From positions 158 through 64,157 of the forward strand of contig SVAP01000001.1 in NCBI GenBank assembly GCA_015059335.1: DNA of 64,000 nucleotides. Direction: 5' to 3'. The notes below the pieces were generated by a model. That model was not told where the DNA came from. It was given only the letters and a program-made list of their open reading frames with translations, and ran no database searches. Origin of the DNA: Bacillota bacterium. Lineage in GTDB: Bacteria; Bacillota_I; Bacilli_A; RF39; UBA660. This document shows positions 30,401 to 43,010 of this stretch, piece after piece. How positions within the stretch are numbered: position 1 is the first letter of the stretch; every line of letters starts with the position of its first letter. A program made the position numbers and the translations under genes.

Positions 30401-31143
30401 GTTATGTAGCAACTCCAGTATTCGATGGTGCAAAAACTTCTGACATCGATGAAATGATGAAAGAAGCAGGAATTGATGATGACTATAAAACAGTATTGTA
30501 TGATGGTAGAACAGGTGAACCATTCGATAACAGAATTAGTGTTGGTGTTATGTACATGATTAAACTTGCTCACATGGTTGATGATAAGTTACATGGACGT
30601 TCTACAGGACCATACTCATTAGTTACTCAACAACCACTTGGTGGTAAAGCACAATTTGGTGGACAAAGATTTGGGGAAATGGAAGTTTGGGCACTTTATG
30701 CTTATGGTGCAGCACATACATTACAAGAACTTATTACAGTTAAATCAGACGACGTAGTAGGACGTGTTAAAGTATATGAAGCAATCGTAAAAGGTAAACC
30801 AGTTGACCAAGCAGGAGTACCAGAATCATTCAGAGTATTAATTAAAGAATTCCAAGCACTAGGACTTGATATTTCAATTATCAATAAAGATAATCAAGAA
30901 TTAGAATTAAAAGACTTAGAAGAAATGGAAGAAAAAGAAGATGCTATGTCTATTGATGAACTTGAAGATAGTGACTTAAGAGAAAAATTAGCACTAATCG
31001 ATCAATTAGCAATAGAAAATAAAAAGGATAAAGATAATAGTGTTGACGATTTAGAAGACACTTTAGAAGATGATTATGATGATGGTGATATCGATGACGA
31101 AGAATTCGATGAATCCATGTTAGAAGAAGGGAGTGATTTTTAA
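27499..31143 (+). CDS. rpoB: RNA polymerase beta subunit
   Basis: '[12 protein letters not shown]', '[13 protein letters not shown]'. Confidence 0.99.
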   Translation: MAYNIKKINSKRERRNFSRIKSTYELQDLLEIQKKSYQWFITDGISEVFNDLFPVESFSGDLSLEFTDYSFDEPRYSIKEAKYRETTYAAPLKVQARLFNHETGEVKEQEIFLGDMPVMTDSGTFIINGAERVIVSQLVRSPSVYFSKTIDKNGRSVFASQIIPTRGTWLEFELDARDVIYVRIDRTRKVPLTTLLRAFGLSTSEEITKVFGENPYILNTLAKDSTKNTDEALIEIYEKLRPGEPATLDSSKNQLITRFFDEFRYDLAKVGRYKFNRKLDVCDRLINNIIAEDIIVDGEVKVEKGTLITKELLEEIKPIFQAGYNTREVLINEELDQHGTIQEVKIYSPIDKEKIVSILGNDQTLTIKRLTISDFYAATSYYLNLLDGVGFTDEIDHLGNRRVRQVGELLQNQFRIGVARMERVIRERMTTQEMDTVTPKTLINIRPVTAAIKEFFGSSQLSQFMDQQNPIAELTNKRRLSALGPGGLSRDRAGMEVRDVNESHYGRICPIESPEGQNIGLITSLASYAKINDYGFIMTPYRKVENAKLVDQVDYLTADEEKDFYISQATINIDEDGNLVDKTLTARYRGENVLVNKEQIDYIDVSPQQVVSVTTSCIPFLEHDDATRALMGANMQRQAVPLIKTEAPRVGTGVEYIAARDSGAVVVAKADGIVEYVDANKIVVKNKGGKDTYYLSTFEGSNQGTCYHQRPFVSVGEKVTRGMTIADGPSTNCGELALGKNVVVAFMTFNGYNYEDAVIMNERLVKDDVYTSIHIEDYEIQCRETKLGPEEITRDIPNVGEDARKNLDSDGIVKIGTEVKEGDILVGKVTPKGMAELTSEEKLLHAIFGEKTREVRDTSLRVPHGGDGIVHDIKVYTRKDNDELPAGVSKVVRVYIAQKRKIQVGDKMAGRHGNKGVISLILPSEDMPYLPDGTPVDIMLNPQGVPSRMNIGQILELHLGMAAKKLDCYVATPVFDGAKTSDIDEMMKEAGIDDDYKTVLYDGRTGEPFDNRISVGVMYMIKLAHMVDDKLHGRSTGPYSLVTQQPLGGKAQFGGQRFGEMEVWALYAYGAAHTLQELITVKSDDVVGRVKVYEAIVKGKPVDQAGVPESFRVLIKEFQALGLDISIINKDNQELELKDLEEMEEKEDAMSIDELEDSDLREKLALIDQLAIENKKDKDNSVDDLEDTLEDDYDDGDIDDEEFDESMLEEGSDF

Positions 31144-34100
31144 TGTTAGAAGTTAATAATTTTGAAGCATTAAAAATTTCCCTAGCATCTCCTGAAAAAA
31201 TAAGATCATGGTCTTATGGGGAAGTTAAAAAACCAGAAACAATTAACTATAGAACTTTAAAACCAGAACGCGACGGTTTATTTTGTGAAAAAATCTTTGG
31301 ACCAACAAGAGATTTTGAATGTTCTTGTGGAAAATATAAAAGATTACGTTATAAAAACATAGTTTGTGATCGTTGTGGTGTAGAAGTTACACGTTCTAAA
31401 GTTAGACGTGAAAGAATGGGACATATTGAACTAGCTACTCCAGTATCACACATTTGGTACTTTAAAGGAGTTCCATCTCGTATGGGATTAGTTCTAGATA
31501 TGTCACCAAGAGATCTAGAAGAAGTATTATATTTCGTTTCTTATGTAGTAATTAATCCTGGTATTGCGCCATTAGAAAAGAAACAAACACTTTCTGATAA
31601 AGAATACAGAGCATATTATGAAAAATATGGAGATGGATTCGAAGTTGGAATGGGTGCCGAAGCAATTAAAAAATTATTACAAGAAGTTGATGTAGATAAA
31701 GAACTAGAAGAATTAAGAAAAGAATTACAAGATGCTCAAGGACAAAAACGAACTCGTTTAATCAAAAGATTGGATGTATTAGATGCGTTCAGTCAATCTG
31801 GAAACAGACCAGAATGGATGATAATTGAAGCATTACCAGTAATCCCACCAGAACTTAGACCAATGATCCAATTAGATGGTGGAAGATTCGCAACTAGTGA
31901 CTTAAATGACTTATATAGACGTATTATTAACAGAAATAACCGTTTAAAGAAATTAATTGAACTAGGCGCACCAACAATCATTATTCAAAATGAAAAACGT
32001 ATGCTTCAAGAAGCGGTAGACGCATTATTTGATAATGGTAGACGTGGAAGAAATGTTACAGGTGCAGGAAATAGACCACTTAAATCATTAAGTAGTATGC
32101 TTAAAGGTAAACAAGGTAGATTTAGACAAAACCTACTTGGTAAGCGTGTTGACTATTCAGGACGTAGCGTTATCGTTGTAGGACCAAGTTTAAAAATGTA
32201 CCAATGTGGTATTCCTAAAGACATGGCTCTTGAACTATTTAAACCACATGTTATTCATGGTTTAGTAGAAAAAGAAATCGCAAGTAATATCAAAGCTGCT
32301 AAAAAATTAATTGAAAATAAAGACGAAAGAGTGTGGGACATTGTAGAAGAAGTAATCAAAGAACATCCAGTATTACTTAACCGTGCACCAACTCTACATA
32401 GACTTGGTATTCAAGCATTTGAACCAGTTTTAATAGGTGGAAAAGCAATAAGACTTCATCCACTTGTTACTCCAGCATTTAACGCTGACTTCGATGGTGA
32501 CCAAATGGCTGTCCATGTTCCACTATCAGAAGAAGCAAAAGCTGAAGCAAGATTATTAATGCTTGGTGCTAATAACATTCTTAACCCTAAAGATGGAAAA
32601 CCTATTGTTACACCATCACAAGATATGATCCTAGGTAACTACTACTTAAGTATTGAAAAACCTGGATTAGAAGGTGAAGGAAGAGTATTTAGAAATACTA
32701 ATGAAGCATTAATGGCTTATGAAAGAAGAGAATTAACTCTACATGCACGTATAGCTATTCCTGTTGATTCTTTTAAACACAAAGTGTTTACTGAATCACA
32801 AAAAGGAAAATACTTAGTAACAACTGTAGGTAAATTAATTTTCAATGAAATTTTACCTGATTCATTTGCGTTCATAAATGAACCAAGTGATAAAAATATT
32901 GAAACATTCACTCCAAACAAATTTTTTATAGAAAAAGGTAAAAATATCAAAGAAGAAATTAAAAATATGCCTATTACAAAACCATTTGTTAAAGGTACTT
33001 TGGAAAGTATAATCGCTCAAGTTTATAAAAGATATAAAACTACTGAAACATCAGTAATGCTTGATAAACTTAAAGATTTAGGGTTTAAATACTCTACTAA
33101 AGCTGGTATATCTATCGCTGTAACAGATATTGTTACTAGTAGTAAAAAAGAAGATGTATTAAAATCAAGTAATGATTTAGTTAAGAAAATCAATAAACAA
33201 TTCCAAAGAGGTTTAATTACTGAATCAGAAAGATTTAATAAAGTAATTCAAACATGGAACGATGCTAAAAAAGTGGTTTCTGATGAACTTGAAGAAATCG
33301 CAAAAGACCCTAAAAACGTTGATAATTCAATCTTCATGATGATGAACTCTAAAGCGAGAGGTAATATTTCAAACTTTACCCAACTTGCTGGTATGCGTGG
33401 GTTGATGCAAAAACCAAATGGTGAACCTGTTGAAATTCCAGTTACATCTTCATTTAGAGAAGGATTATCAGTATCAGAATTCTTCTTATCTACACATGGT
33501 GCGAGAAAAGGTAGTGCCGATACTGCACTTAAAACTGCAGACTCTGGTTACTTAACTCGTCGTCTAGTAGATGTTGCACAAGATGTAATTGTTAAAGAAG
33601 ATGACTGTGGAACTATCCAAGGTCAAACTGTTAAAGAATTCGTTGATGAAAAATCTAATACAGTAATTGAAACATTATATGATAGAATTTTAGGAAGATA
33701 TACAAACAAAAAAGTGTTACATCCTGAAACTAAAGAAATGATTATTGATAAAAATGAACTTATTACTGAAAATATAGCTGACAAAATTATTAAAGCTGGT
33801 ATTACTTCAGTAGAAATAAGAACACTATTAACATGTAAAACAAAACATGGTGTTTGTAGAAAATGTTATGGTAAAAACCTTGCAACTGGTAATATAGTTG
33901 AAACTGGTGAAGCAGTAGGTATTATGGCTGCTCAATCAATTGGTGAACCTGGTACACAGTTAACCATGAGAACATTCCACACTGGTGGTGTTGCAGGAGA
34001 CGATATTACACAAGGGTTACCTCGTGTTCAAGAATTATTTGAAGCAAGAAATCCAAAAGGTAAAGCTACTATTGCTGAAATTAATGGTAAAATTACTAAA

Positions 34101-34826
34101 ATTGATGAAGCAAATGGTAAATGGAAAGTATATATTAAAAATGATGTTGAAACTAGAGAACATGTTACACTATATGGTGCTAAACTACGTGTAGCAAAAG
34201 GTGATGTTGTATCAGCAGGTGATAGATTAACTGAAGGTGCAATTAGTCCTAAAGAATTACTTGCAGTAACAGACCCTATAACTGTTCAAGAATATATACT
34301 TAAAGAAATCCAAAAAGTATACCGTTCTCAAGGTGTTGATATCAGTGATAAACACATCGAAATTATCGCTAAGAGAATGATTTCTAAAATAAGAATTTCA
34401 GAAGGTGGAGATACAGAAATCCTACCTGGATCATTAATTTCAATTAATGAATTTACTGAAGCTAATAAAGATGTAATCTTACAAGGTAAGAAACCAGCTA
34501 CTGGTAGACCTATCTTACTTGGTATTACAAAAGCTTCACTAGAAACTGATTCATTCTTATCAGCAGCTTCATTCCAAGAAACAACAAGAATTCTTACTGA
34601 TGCATCTATTAGAGGAAAAATAGATCCATTACAAGGTCTAAAAGAAAACGTAATTATTGGTAAATTAATTCCAGCAGGTACTGGAGCAAGACAATATTCA
34701 GATGTTGATTTTGATTTAACTACTAATTATAACGATGATGAACCAATAGAAGCATTAGAAGATCAATTACTTGCAGATACTGTTGAAGATGAAATTCAAA
34801 TAGAAACAGAAGAAAATGCAGAATAA
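31143..34826 (+). CDS. rpoC: RNA polymerase beta' subunit
   Basis: NADFDGD motif. Confidence 0.99.
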   Translation: MLEVNNFEALKISLASPEKIRSWSYGEVKKPETINYRTLKPERDGLFCEKIFGPTRDFECSCGKYKRLRYKNIVCDRCGVEVTRSKVRRERMGHIELATPVSHIWYFKGVPSRMGLVLDMSPRDLEEVLYFVSYVVINPGIAPLEKKQTLSDKEYRAYYEKYGDGFEVGMGAEAIKKLLQEVDVDKELEELRKELQDAQGQKRTRLIKRLDVLDAFSQSGNRPEWMIIEALPVIPPELRPMIQLDGGRFATSDLNDLYRRIINRNNRLKKLIELGAPTIIIQNEKRMLQEAVDALFDNGRRGRNVTGAGNRPLKSLSSMLKGKQGRFRQNLLGKRVDYSGRSVIVVGPSLKMYQCGIPKDMALELFKPHVIHGLVEKEIASNIKAAKKLIENKDERVWDIVEEVIKEHPVLLNRAPTLHRLGIQAFEPVLIGGKAIRLHPLVTPAFNADFDGDQMAVHVPLSEEAKAEARLLMLGANNILNPKDGKPIVTPSQDMILGNYYLSIEKPGLEGEGRVFRNTNEALMAYERRELTLHARIAIPVDSFKHKVFTESQKGKYLVTTVGKLIFNEILPDSFAFINEPSDKNIETFTPNKFFIEKGKNIKEEIKNMPITKPFVKGTLESIIAQVYKRYKTTETSVMLDKLKDLGFKYSTKAGISIAVTDIVTSSKKEDVLKSSNDLVKKINKQFQRGLITESERFNKVIQTWNDAKKVVSDELEEIAKDPKNVDNSIFMMMNSKARGNISNFTQLAGMRGLMQKPNGEPVEIPVTSSFREGLSVSEFFLSTHGARKGSADTALKTADSGYLTRRLVDVAQDVIVKEDDCGTIQGQTVKEFVDEKSNTVIETLYDRILGRYTNKKVLHPETKEMIIDKNELITENIADKIIKAGITSVEIRTLLTCKTKHGVCRKCYGKNLATGNIVETGEAVGIMAAQSIGEPGTQLTMRTFHTGGVAGDDITQGLPRVQELFEARNPKGKATIAEINGKITKIDEANGKWKVYIKNDVETREHVTLYGAKLRVAKGDVVSAGDRLTEGAISPKELLAVTDPITVQEYILKEIQKVYRSQGVDISDKHIEIIAKRMISKIRISEGGDTEILPGSLISINEFTEANKDVILQGKKPATGRPILLGITKASLETDSFLSAASFQETTRILTDASIRGKIDPLQGLKENVIIGKLIPAGTGARQYSDVDFDLTTNYNDDEPIEALEDQLLADTVEDEIQIETEENAE

Positions 34827-34900
34827 TGCATTTTCTTTTTTATGCTTGTAAAAAATTACAAAATATATTATAATATGACACATGAAAAGAGGGGATTATT

Positions 34901-35383
34901 TTGAATTTTAAACTTAATAATAGAGGTTGGGGATTATCTGATTTCTTACTTATAGGATCAATAATTATAATATGTCTTTTATTTTCATCAGTAATGATAA
35001 TAAGATTAACAAACGGATTAAAAGAAAATTTAAGAGTTAATGATAATAAAACAGAAGAAAAAGTAGAAATAGATAATAATGATGAAGAAACAATTAACTT
35101 AGACAATCAAACTATCGATTACATAAAATTAGAATCAACTTTAACTAAAGATGCTATAAAATATGTAGAAGAGGTTTATAAAAACAATATTGGTGAAAAT
35201 CTATTTATTGTTGATTATCCACATCTTTTAGAAGTAGATAGTAATTTAAAAACAGAAATGTCAAAGGATAATTGTAATGGATATGTAGAATCTAAAAAGA
35301 ATGGTGAGAATATAGAATTTACTCCATATTTAAAATGTGATAATTATTCTACAAATGGAGTAAAGGATTATTATTTAAATTAG
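34901..35383 (+). CDS. Pilin-like protein (class III signal peptide-like N-terminus)
   Basis: 'NNRG|WGLSDFLLIG' plus TM helix; C-terminal 'CNGYV...FTPYLKCDNY'. Confidence 0.6.
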   Translation: MNFKLNNRGWGLSDFLLIGSIIIICLLFSSVMIIRLTNGLKENLRVNDNKTEEKVEIDNNDEETINLDNQTIDYIKLESTLTKDAIKYVEEVYKNNIGENLFIVDYPHLLEVDSNLKTEMSKDNCNGYVESKKNGENIEFTPYLKCDNYSTNGVKDYYLN

Positions 35384-35435
35384 TATACTTAACAATTAAA
35401 ACGTTAAATGAATTTATATATAGGGGGATTATAAT

Positions 35436-36206
35436 ATGGACGATATACACAATAGTGTTGATAAAAGAAATATAGAAATTCAAAATGTGGGAATAAATAA
35501 TTTTAAATTGCCATTTTGTTTTTAATCTAAAAACAATTATAATACGGTAGCATTAATTTCGAGCGGAGTTAAACTTGAAAAAGAACAAAAAGGTGCTCAC
35601 CTCAGTAGGATAGTAGAGGTTTTAAATGAAAATTTAGCAAACAAACAGATTTCGTTAGACAAATTTACCGAAATAATAATTAAACTTTCAAAACGCATAG
35701 AATCAAGAAATGCTAATTTATCTTTAACTTTTCCTGCTCTAATACCTACAACTTCACCAGTAACAAATAAAGAATCATTTATTGATTCAATTGTAAAATT
35801 ATATATAGAAATTTACAAAGATCAAATAACAAAAAATATATCTCTTAAAATGGATGGTGCAATGTGTTGTCCTAGTTCTAAAAAAATTTCAAAGTATGGG
35901 GCTCATAGTCAAAGATGCTCATTAATAACTACGATATTAAATTGTGAAAATAAGGTTAAAATAGAAGATATGTCTAACATAATGCAAGAATGTTTTAGTT
36001 CACCAGTATTTTCGGTAATAAAAAGGGAAGATGAAAAATATTTAACGGAAAAGGCGTATGAAAATCCAAAATTTTCAGAAGATTTAATAAGAGATGTATT
36101 AATAAAAATGAAAGAAAAATATTCTGGTTATGAAATAATTGCTGAAATGGAAAATTATGAATCAATACATTCTCACAATGTATATGCTAAAGGGAGAATA
36201 AAATGA
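35436..36206 (+). pseudogene. folE2: GTP cyclohydrolase FolE2 with one in-frame TAA at codon 30 (35523-35525)
   Basis: 'IQNVGI', 'KGAHLSR', 'CPSSK...GAHSQR', 'KREDEK..TE.AYENPKF.ED', 'ESIHSHN' all in one frame. Confidence 0.85.
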
Positions 36207-36568
36207 TTAAAGTATATTTAAATGAATTACTAGAATTTTTTGATGTTGTACCAAATCAATTAACTGTTACAGCAATAAAAGCATTGATTTCAGCAATGGA
36301 AGATGAAAAATTAATATGCAGAGAAAAGCAAAAAATAGTAATGGATGAAAAGCAATTTTATATGATATGGAATATATATTATGGCAGTTTAAACTATTTT
36401 GATCCTAATTATAATAGAAAAACAGATTTCAAATTATTTTTTAAATATATAATTCAAGCGCATATACGTAATGATAAAATAAATTTTTTGGCATTATTCT
36501 GTCCTGGTTATACAAGACACGGATATAAAAATATATTGGGATCAACCACAAAATGGAAATTGAAATAA
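36203..36568 (+). pseudogene. Hypothetical protein, probably truncated by a deletion
   Basis: Coupled to folE2; ends abruptly where the queuosine-salvage fragment begins. Confidence 0.5.
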
Positions 36569-36728
36569 GGGCAAATATGTTATGGGCAATTGAACAAATA
36601 AAAAAAGAACTTACAAAAAAAATATATATATCGATTCTGCTACTCTAGATAGTATATTATGGAATTATGGTGAAATTAATAACAAAACTAATAGTCATCA
36701 CCATAGAACTCTTACAATTTTCTATTAA
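36553..36728 (+). pseudogene. C-terminal remnant of a queuosine salvage hydrolase (DUF2419/Qng1-like), frameshifted
   Basis: 'EIEIRANMLWAIEQI' then, after a frameshift near 36615-36630, 'LDSILWNYG...HHHRTLTIFY*', matching the family C-terminus. Confidence 0.7.
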
Positions 36729-37110
36729 TTTGTCAAGTAATATACTGAATACGTAGGTGTTACTTGAATAAAATAAAAAGGGTACATTTGATTGTCCGAA
36801 TCAAATGAATTCCCTCATTTTGGATGCATCTGAAATCAACAGTTGTTGAAATCAGATGTTTTTATTATTTATATAATAATGTTATTACTATAAAAAACAA
36901 TAGTAGAATTATAATAAATAAAGATTATCTATATTATCTTTACTAATTAATATATTACACAAAAATGACTAAAATTAATTGACATGCATACAATAAAGTG
37001 TTATAGTAATTATGCATAAATTTTATAGGTTTTATCCAACTGGGTAGAACTTATATTTATAGGGTGTTTGATACACCAGGATGTGTGCAAAGAAAGGAGG
37101 AAGAAATACA

Positions 37111-37524
37111 ATGCCTACAATTAATCAATTAGTAAGAAAAAACAGAAGTAAAAAAACTAGAAAAAGTAAATCTCCAGTACTTGGAATTCGTCTAGATACT
37201 ATAAAAAGAAAAACAACAAAAACTAATTCACCACAAAAACGTGGAGTATGTACTCGTGTTGGAACAATGACACCTAAGAAACCAAACTCAGCATTACGTA
37301 AATATGCTCGTGTTCGTTTAAGTAATGGATATGAAGTTACAGCTTACATTCCAGGAATAGGACATAACTTACAAGAACACAGTGCTGTATTAATTCGTGG
37401 TGGACGTGTTAAAGACTTAATCGGGGTTCGTTATCACATTATCCGTGGAACAATGGATACTCAAGGAGTTCAAAACCGTGCACAAGGTCGTAGTAAATAC
37501 GGTGCAAAAAAACCTAAAAATTAA
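37111..37524 (+). CDS. rpsL: 30S ribosomal protein S12
   Basis: 'MPTINQLVR', '[11 protein letters not shown]'. Confidence 0.99.
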   Translation: MPTINQLVRKNRSKKTRKSKSPVLGIRLDTIKRKTTKTNSPQKRGVCTRVGTMTPKKPNSALRKYARVRLSNGYEVTAYIPGIGHNLQEHSAVLIRGGRVKDLIGVRYHIIRGTMDTQGVQNRAQGRSKYGAKKPKN

Positions 37525-37567
37525 TATTCAAAAATAAATAATATTCGAATTCGAGAGGAGGATAAAT

Positions 37568-38035
37568 ATGCGTAAAAGAGCCGCAGTTAAAAGAGATGTA
37601 TTACCAGATTCAATATATAACTCTAAAATAGTTACTAAGTTAATTAACCAAGTAATGAATGATGGTAAAAAAGGTACTGCTCAAAGAATTGTTTACGATG
37701 CATTTGAAATGATTAAAGAAAAAACAAATGAAGATGCTATGACAGTTTTTGAACGTGCTATGGAAAACATCAAACCACAACTTGAAGTTAAATCAAGACG
37801 TGTTGGTGGTTCAAACTATCAAGTACCAATTGAAGTTAAACCTGACAGAAGTCAAGCTTTAGCATTCAGATGGTTAACACAATATGCTAGATTAAGACAT
37901 GGTAAAGGTATGGCTGAAAATCTAGCAAACGAAATAATTGATGCATCAAATGGAATAGGTGCAGCAGTTAAAAAACGTGAAGATACTCACAAAATGGCAG
38001 AAGCAAATAAAGCGTTTGCTCACTACCGTTGGTAA
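37568..38035 (+). CDS. rpsG: 30S ribosomal protein S7
   Basis: '[11 protein letters not shown]', '[12 protein letters not shown]'. Confidence 0.99.
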   Translation: MRKRAAVKRDVLPDSIYNSKIVTKLINQVMNDGKKGTAQRIVYDAFEMIKEKTNEDAMTVFERAMENIKPQLEVKSRRVGGSNYQVPIEVKPDRSQALAFRWLTQYARLRHGKGMAENLANEIIDASNGIGAAVKKREDTHKMAEANKAFAHYRW

Positions 38036-38064
38036 TAAAATATTAAGAAAGGAAAACAAGAATT

Positions 38065-40137
38065 ATGGCTCGTACAAGTTCATTAGAAAAAACTCGTAAT
38101 CTAGGAATTATGGCCCATATAGATGCTGGTAAAACTACTACTACTGAACGTGTATTATACCACACTGGTAAAATCCATAAAATTGGTGAAACACATGATG
38201 GTGCTGCACAAATGGACTGGATGGAACAAGAACAAGAACGTGGTATTACAATCACTTCAGCAGCAACTACTGCTTTCTGGAAAGATCATAGATTTAATAT
38301 CATCGATACTCCAGGACACGTAGACTTCACTATTGAAGTTTCTCGTAGTTTACGTGTACTAGATGGTGCAGTAGCGCTTCTTGATGCACAAGCAGGTGTT
38401 GAACCTCAAACTGAAACAGTATGGCGTCAAGCAACTGAATTTAAAGTTCCTAGAATTATATTCATTAACAAAATGGATAAAATGGGGGCAAATTTTGAAT
38501 ACAGTTTAGGAACTATCGAAAGTAGACTTGGAGTTAATGCTAAACCAATCGAATGGCCAATCGGAGCAGAAAGTGAATTCCGTGGTGTTATCGATTTAGT
38601 AACAATGAAAGCTTACGAATTCGATGGTAAACCTGAAGAAATTGCAAAAGAAATAGAAATACCTGAAGACTTAAAAGCAACAGCTGAAGAAAAAAGAGCA
38701 GAGTTATTAGAAGCAATTGCTGAATATGATGATGAATTAATGGAAAAATATCTAGAAGGTGAAGAAATACCTGTTGATATGATTAAAAAAGCTATCAGAA
38801 AAGGTGTTCTTGCTGTAGAATTCTTCCCAGTAATGTGTGGTACTGCATTAGGTAATAAAGGTGTTAAGCCAATGTTAGATGCAGTAGTTGACTACATGCC
38901 ATCACCATTAGATATTCCAGCAATTAAATGTACAGATATGAATGGTAATGAAGCTGAAAGACATCCATCTGACAACGAACCATTTAGTGCATTAGCGTTC
39001 AAAGTTATGACTGACCCTTATGTTGGTAGATTAACATTCTTTAGAGTTTATTCAGGAAAAATGACAAGTGGTTCATATATCCTAAATTCAACTAAAAACA
39101 CTAAAGAAAGAATCGGGCGTATCTTACAAATGCATGCTAACAACAGAACTGAAATCTCTGAAGTATATACTGGAGATATAGCTGCAGCAGTAGGTCTTAA
39201 AAATACTACAACAGGTGATACACTTTGTGATGAAAAGAAACCTGTTATTCTAGAATCAATGGTATTCCCTGAACCAGTTATTCAATTAGCTGTTGAACCT
39301 AAATCAAAAGCTGATCAAGAAAAAATGGGAACTGCATTACAAAAATTAGCAGAAGAAGATCCAACATTCAAAGTTCATACTGATCATGAAACAGGTCAAA
39401 CTGTTATCGCTGGTATGGGTGAACTTCACCTTGATGTACTAGTAGACAGAATGAAAAGAGAATTTGATGTAGAAGCTAATATTGGTCAACCACAAGTTGC
39501 TTACCGTGAAACTTTAACTCAAACTGCTGAGTGTGAAGGTAAATATATTAAACAATCTGGTGGTAGAGGTCAATATGGACACGTATGGATTAAATTCGAA
39601 CCTAACACAGATAAAGGTTATGAATTTGTTGACGCAATCGTTGGTGGAGTTGTTCCTCGTGAATATATTCCAGTAACAGATAAAGGATTACAAGAAGCAT
39701 TAGAAACTGGTGTATTAGCTGGTTATCCAATGATAGATGTTAAAGCAACTTTATTTGATGGTTCATATCATGATGTTGACTCATCAGAAATGGCATTCAA
39801 AATTGCTGCATCTATGGCTTTAAAAGAAGCTAAAAATAAATGTAAACCTGTATTATTAGAACCAATAATGAAAGTTGAAGTAGTAACACCAGATGAATAC
39901 TTCGGTAACGTTATGGGAGATATTACTTCAAGACGTGGTAAACCATTAGGACAAGAAACAAGAGGAAACGCTATTATGTTATCAGCAATGGTACCACTAT
40001 CAGAAATGTTCGGTTACGCTACTAGCTTACGTTCTAATACACAAGGTAGAGGTAACTTTGTAATGACATTTGATCATTATGAACAAGTTCCTAAAAATAT
40101 TAGTGAAGAAATCATCAAGAAAAATGGTGGAAACTAA
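38065..40137 (+). CDS. fusA: Elongation factor G
   Basis: '[13 protein letters not shown]', 'DTPGHVDF'. Confidence 0.99.
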   Translation: MARTSSLEKTRNLGIMAHIDAGKTTTTERVLYHTGKIHKIGETHDGAAQMDWMEQEQERGITITSAATTAFWKDHRFNIIDTPGHVDFTIEVSRSLRVLDGAVALLDAQAGVEPQTETVWRQATEFKVPRIIFINKMDKMGANFEYSLGTIESRLGVNAKPIEWPIGAESEFRGVIDLVTMKAYEFDGKPEEIAKEIEIPEDLKATAEEKRAELLEAIAEYDDELMEKYLEGEEIPVDMIKKAIRKGVLAVEFFPVMCGTALGNKGVKPMLDAVVDYMPSPLDIPAIKCTDMNGNEAERHPSDNEPFSALAFKVMTDPYVGRLTFFRVYSGKMTSGSYILNSTKNTKERIGRILQMHANNRTEISEVYTGDIAAAVGLKNTTTGDTLCDEKKPVILESMVFPEPVIQLAVEPKSKADQEKMGTALQKLAEEDPTFKVHTDHETGQTVIAGMGELHLDVLVDRMKREFDVEANIGQPQVAYRETLTQTAECEGKYIKQSGGRGQYGHVWIKFEPNTDKGYEFVDAIVGGVVPREYIPVTDKGLQEALETGVLAGYPMIDVKATLFDGSYHDVDSSEMAFKIAASMALKEAKNKCKPVLLEPIMKVEVVTPDEYFGNVMGDITSRRGKPLGQETRGNAIMLSAMVPLSEMFGYATSLRSNTQGRGNFVMTFDHYEQVPKNISEEIIKKNGGN

Positions 40138-40229
40138 TTAAAAAGCAATTAAACTATGTAAAAACACTTGAATTATTTTCAAGGTTTGATAAAATATTAG
40201 TGTAAATATGAAAAAGGAGGAAATTTAAA

Positions 40230-41414
40230 ATGGCAAAACAAAAATTTGATCGTTCAAAAACACATGTTAACATTGGTACAATCGGACACGTTGACCATGG
40301 TAAAACAACTTTAACAGCTGCTATTACTAAAGTGTTAGCATCTAAAGGTAATGCCGAATTTACAGATTATGCAAATATCGACAAAGCACCTGAAGAAAGA
40401 GAAAGAGGTATTACAATTAATACTTCTCATGTTGAGTATCAAACTGACGCTCGTCACTATGCTCATGTTGACTGTCCAGGACATGCTGACTACGTTAAAA
40501 ACATGATTACTGGTGCAGCACAAATGGATGGAGCTATCTTAGTTATCGCTGCAAGTGATGGACCTATGGCTCAAACTCGTGAACACATCTTATTATCAAG
40601 ACAAGTTGGTGTTCCAAGAATGGTTGTATTTATGAATAAATGTGACCAAGTTGATGATCCAGAATTACTAGACTTAGTAGAAATGGAAATTCGTGAATTA
40701 TTAAGCGAATATGGATTTGATGGAGACAACACTCCAATTATTCGTGGTTCAGCTTTAAAAGCTCTTGAAGGAGATGCTAACTACGAAAAAGCAATTGAAG
40801 AATTAATGGCTGCAGTTGATGAATGGATTCCAACTCCAGAAAGAGATACTGACAAACCATTCTTAATGTCAATTGAAGACGTATTCACAATTACAGGTCG
40901 TGGAACAGTTGTTACAGGACGTGTAGAACGTGGACAATTAAAATTAAATGACGAAGTTGAAATCGTTGGTCTTAAAGATACTAAAAAAACAGTTGTTACT
41001 GGTATCGAAATGTTTAGAAAACAATTAGACTATGCTGAAGCAGGAGACAATGCTGGTGTATTATTACGTGGTATTTCTCGTGAAGAAGTTGAACGTGGGC
41101 AAGTACTTGCTAAACCAGGAAGTGTTCATCCACATAAAAAATTCAAAGCTGAAGTTTATGTACTTTCTAAAGAAGAAGGTGGAAGACATACTCCATTCTT
41201 CTCAAACTACAGACCACAATTCTATTTCAGAACTACAGACGTTACTGGTGTAATTACATTACCAGAAGGTGTAGAAATGGTTATGCCTGGTGATAACATC
41301 AGCATGACAGTTGAACTTATCGCTCCAATCGCTGTTGAAAACGGTACTGAATTCTCAATCCGTGAAGGTGGTAGAACAGTTGGTGCTGGTAAAGTTTCTG
41401 AAATTATTGAATAA
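40230..41414 (+). CDS. tuf: Elongation factor Tu
   Basis: '[11 protein letters not shown]', 'DCPGHADY'. Confidence 0.99.
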   Translation: MAKQKFDRSKTHVNIGTIGHVDHGKTTLTAAITKVLASKGNAEFTDYANIDKAPEERERGITINTSHVEYQTDARHYAHVDCPGHADYVKNMITGAAQMDGAILVIAASDGPMAQTREHILLSRQVGVPRMVVFMNKCDQVDDPELLDLVEMEIRELLSEYGFDGDNTPIIRGSALKALEGDANYEKAIEELMAAVDEWIPTPERDTDKPFLMSIEDVFTITGRGTVVTGRVERGQLKLNDEVEIVGLKDTKKTVVTGIEMFRKQLDYAEAGDNAGVLLRGISREEVERGQVLAKPGSVHPHKKFKAEVYVLSKEEGGRHTPFFSNYRPQFYFRTTDVTGVITLPEGVEMVMPGDNISMTVELIAPIAVENGTEFSIREGGRTVGAGKVSEIIE

Positions 41415-41422
41415 TAAATTAT

Positions 41423-41456
41423 AAAAATATCAAAGCAATGACTTTGATATTTTTTT
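41423..41456 (+). terminator. Terminator after tuf
   Basis: AAAAATATCAAAG...CTTTGATATTTTTTT. Confidence 0.8.
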
Positions 41457-41555
41457 GTTTTACATACTAAAAAATTATTTTTAATATTTTTAAAAATTAT
41501 GGTTGTATTCAAAAAGAAAATATGATATTATCTAATAGTAGAGGAGGTAAGGAAA

Positions 41556-42197
41556 ATGGAAAGGAACACAAACAAAATATTATTAACAGTTATTGGTATT
41601 TCTGTACTAATTGTAGCTACAGTAGGTGCTACATTTGCATATTTCAGTGCAACAGGAGGTACTCAAGAAGAACAAATTACAACTGGTGAATTAAAAGTTG
41701 CAGCAACTTCTTCATTAGAAGATGGTGCAAAAATTAAACCAACAAAATGGACAAATGCTACAGATGCTAACGGTGATGCAGATATCGCTAAAGTTGGATT
41801 ATCAGTTGCTACTAATGGTACTACAATTGAAAATGCAAAATATGATATTTTATTAAGTACTGAAGGTGTCCAATTAAATGCAACAAGAACAAATGCTGAC
41901 GATGAAGTTGTTACTTTAGAGGGCGGAGAATTATCTGATGTTAAATGGGCTCTTTATGATAACACTGATCTTACTACAGCTCTTGCAACTGGTGACTTTG
42001 GTGTAGATGAAGAAGGTGTAACTGACGGTGATGTTACAAACTTAGCTATCAAAACAGGTGTAGTTATTACTCCAAACAACACTGTTGCTGATGCATATAC
42101 ACTTTATATTTGGATAGAAAATACTGAAAACGCTAAACAAGACCAATTACAAGGTTTAACAATTGGTGCTACATTAGACGTTAACGCAAGACAATAG
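41556..42197 (+). CDS. SipW-dependent secreted protein, TasA/CalY-like fibre subunit
   Basis: SipW-class signal 'VGATFAYFSA'; C-terminal 'YTLYIWIEN...QDQLQG...LDVNARQ'; codon usage resembles the highly expressed genes. Confidence 0.75.
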   Translation: MERNTNKILLTVIGISVLIVATVGATFAYFSATGGTQEEQITTGELKVAATSSLEDGAKIKPTKWTNATDANGDADIAKVGLSVATNGTTIENAKYDILLSTEGVQLNATRTNADDEVVTLEGGELSDVKWALYDNTDLTTALATGDFGVDEEGVTDGDVTNLAIKTGVVITPNNTVADAYTLYIWIENTENAKQDQLQGLTIGATLDVNARQ

Positions 42198-42296
42198 TCT
42201 TTACATCATTAAATTAAAATATTAAAAAATAATAAACTTGCATTGAATAATGCAAGTTTTTATTATATAATTAATTTATCATAGAGGAGGAGTATT

Positions 42297-42983
42297 ATGA
42301 AAGTTTTTGAATGTTTAAAATGTGAAAAACAAATAAAATTAAAAAAACTTCCAGAAGAATATAGTTGTCCTAATTGTGGATCATGTAAAGATAATTTGGT
42401 TGAAGTAGAAAAAAGAAGGAAACCAATTATTTTATTGCTTTTATATTCAATAACTTTAATAATGTTAATAATATCAGCTTCTTTTACTATATCTACTATA
42501 TATAATCAAAGTAGTATACCTAATGATAATATTGAAGTTGGTGAAATGTCTTTAGAATTAGTTGATGAAAATGATACAACTATAAGATTATATAATACTT
42601 ATCCAATGAGTGATGAAAAAGCAAAGAATTTAAAACCGTTTTTATTTAATTTAAATAATAATGGTACCTATTCTTTAAATTACACTTTATTGTTAGAAGA
42701 TGTACCGGATAATGAATTAAATAATATAACTGAAATTAAAGGAAAAACAAGAATATTAAACAGTAAGGTTAAATTCTCTTTAATAAATACAGATACAAAC
42801 TCAGTTATTAATGAAGGATTTGTTTCTGATCTGGAAGATGGTGTTTTGAGTAGCGGAAAATTACAAGCAGATAATGATATACCATGTGCGCTTAGATTAT
42901 GGATTGATAAAAATGTTGGTAATGAAGATCAAAATAAATTTTATGTTGGTAGAATTGTTTTAAAAGTACAAGAGGATATCTAA
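42297..42983 (+). CDS. Rubredoxin-like zinc/iron ribbon fused to a TM segment and a TasA/CalY-like domain
   Basis: 'CLKC...LPEEYSCPNCG' N-terminus; TM; 'YPMSDE...NNGT...LRLWID...QNK' domain. Confidence 0.65.
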   Translation: MKVFECLKCEKQIKLKKLPEEYSCPNCGSCKDNLVEVEKRRKPIILLLLYSITLIMLIISASFTISTIYNQSSIPNDNIEVGEMSLELVDENDTTIRLYNTYPMSDEKAKNLKPFLFNLNNNGTYSLNYTLLLEDVPDNELNNITEIKGKTRILNSKVKFSLINTDTNSVINEGFVSDLEDGVLSSGKLQADNDIPCALRLWIDKNVGNEDQNKFYVGRIVLKVQEDI

Positions 42984-43010
42984 TAATAAAGAATAGAAAG
43001 GGATTAAAAT

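Noticed and set aside
35523-35525. Stop-codon readthrough or recoding in folE2
   Set aside because: TAA is the main stop in this genome and neighbouring genes are also decayed; pseudogenisation is simpler
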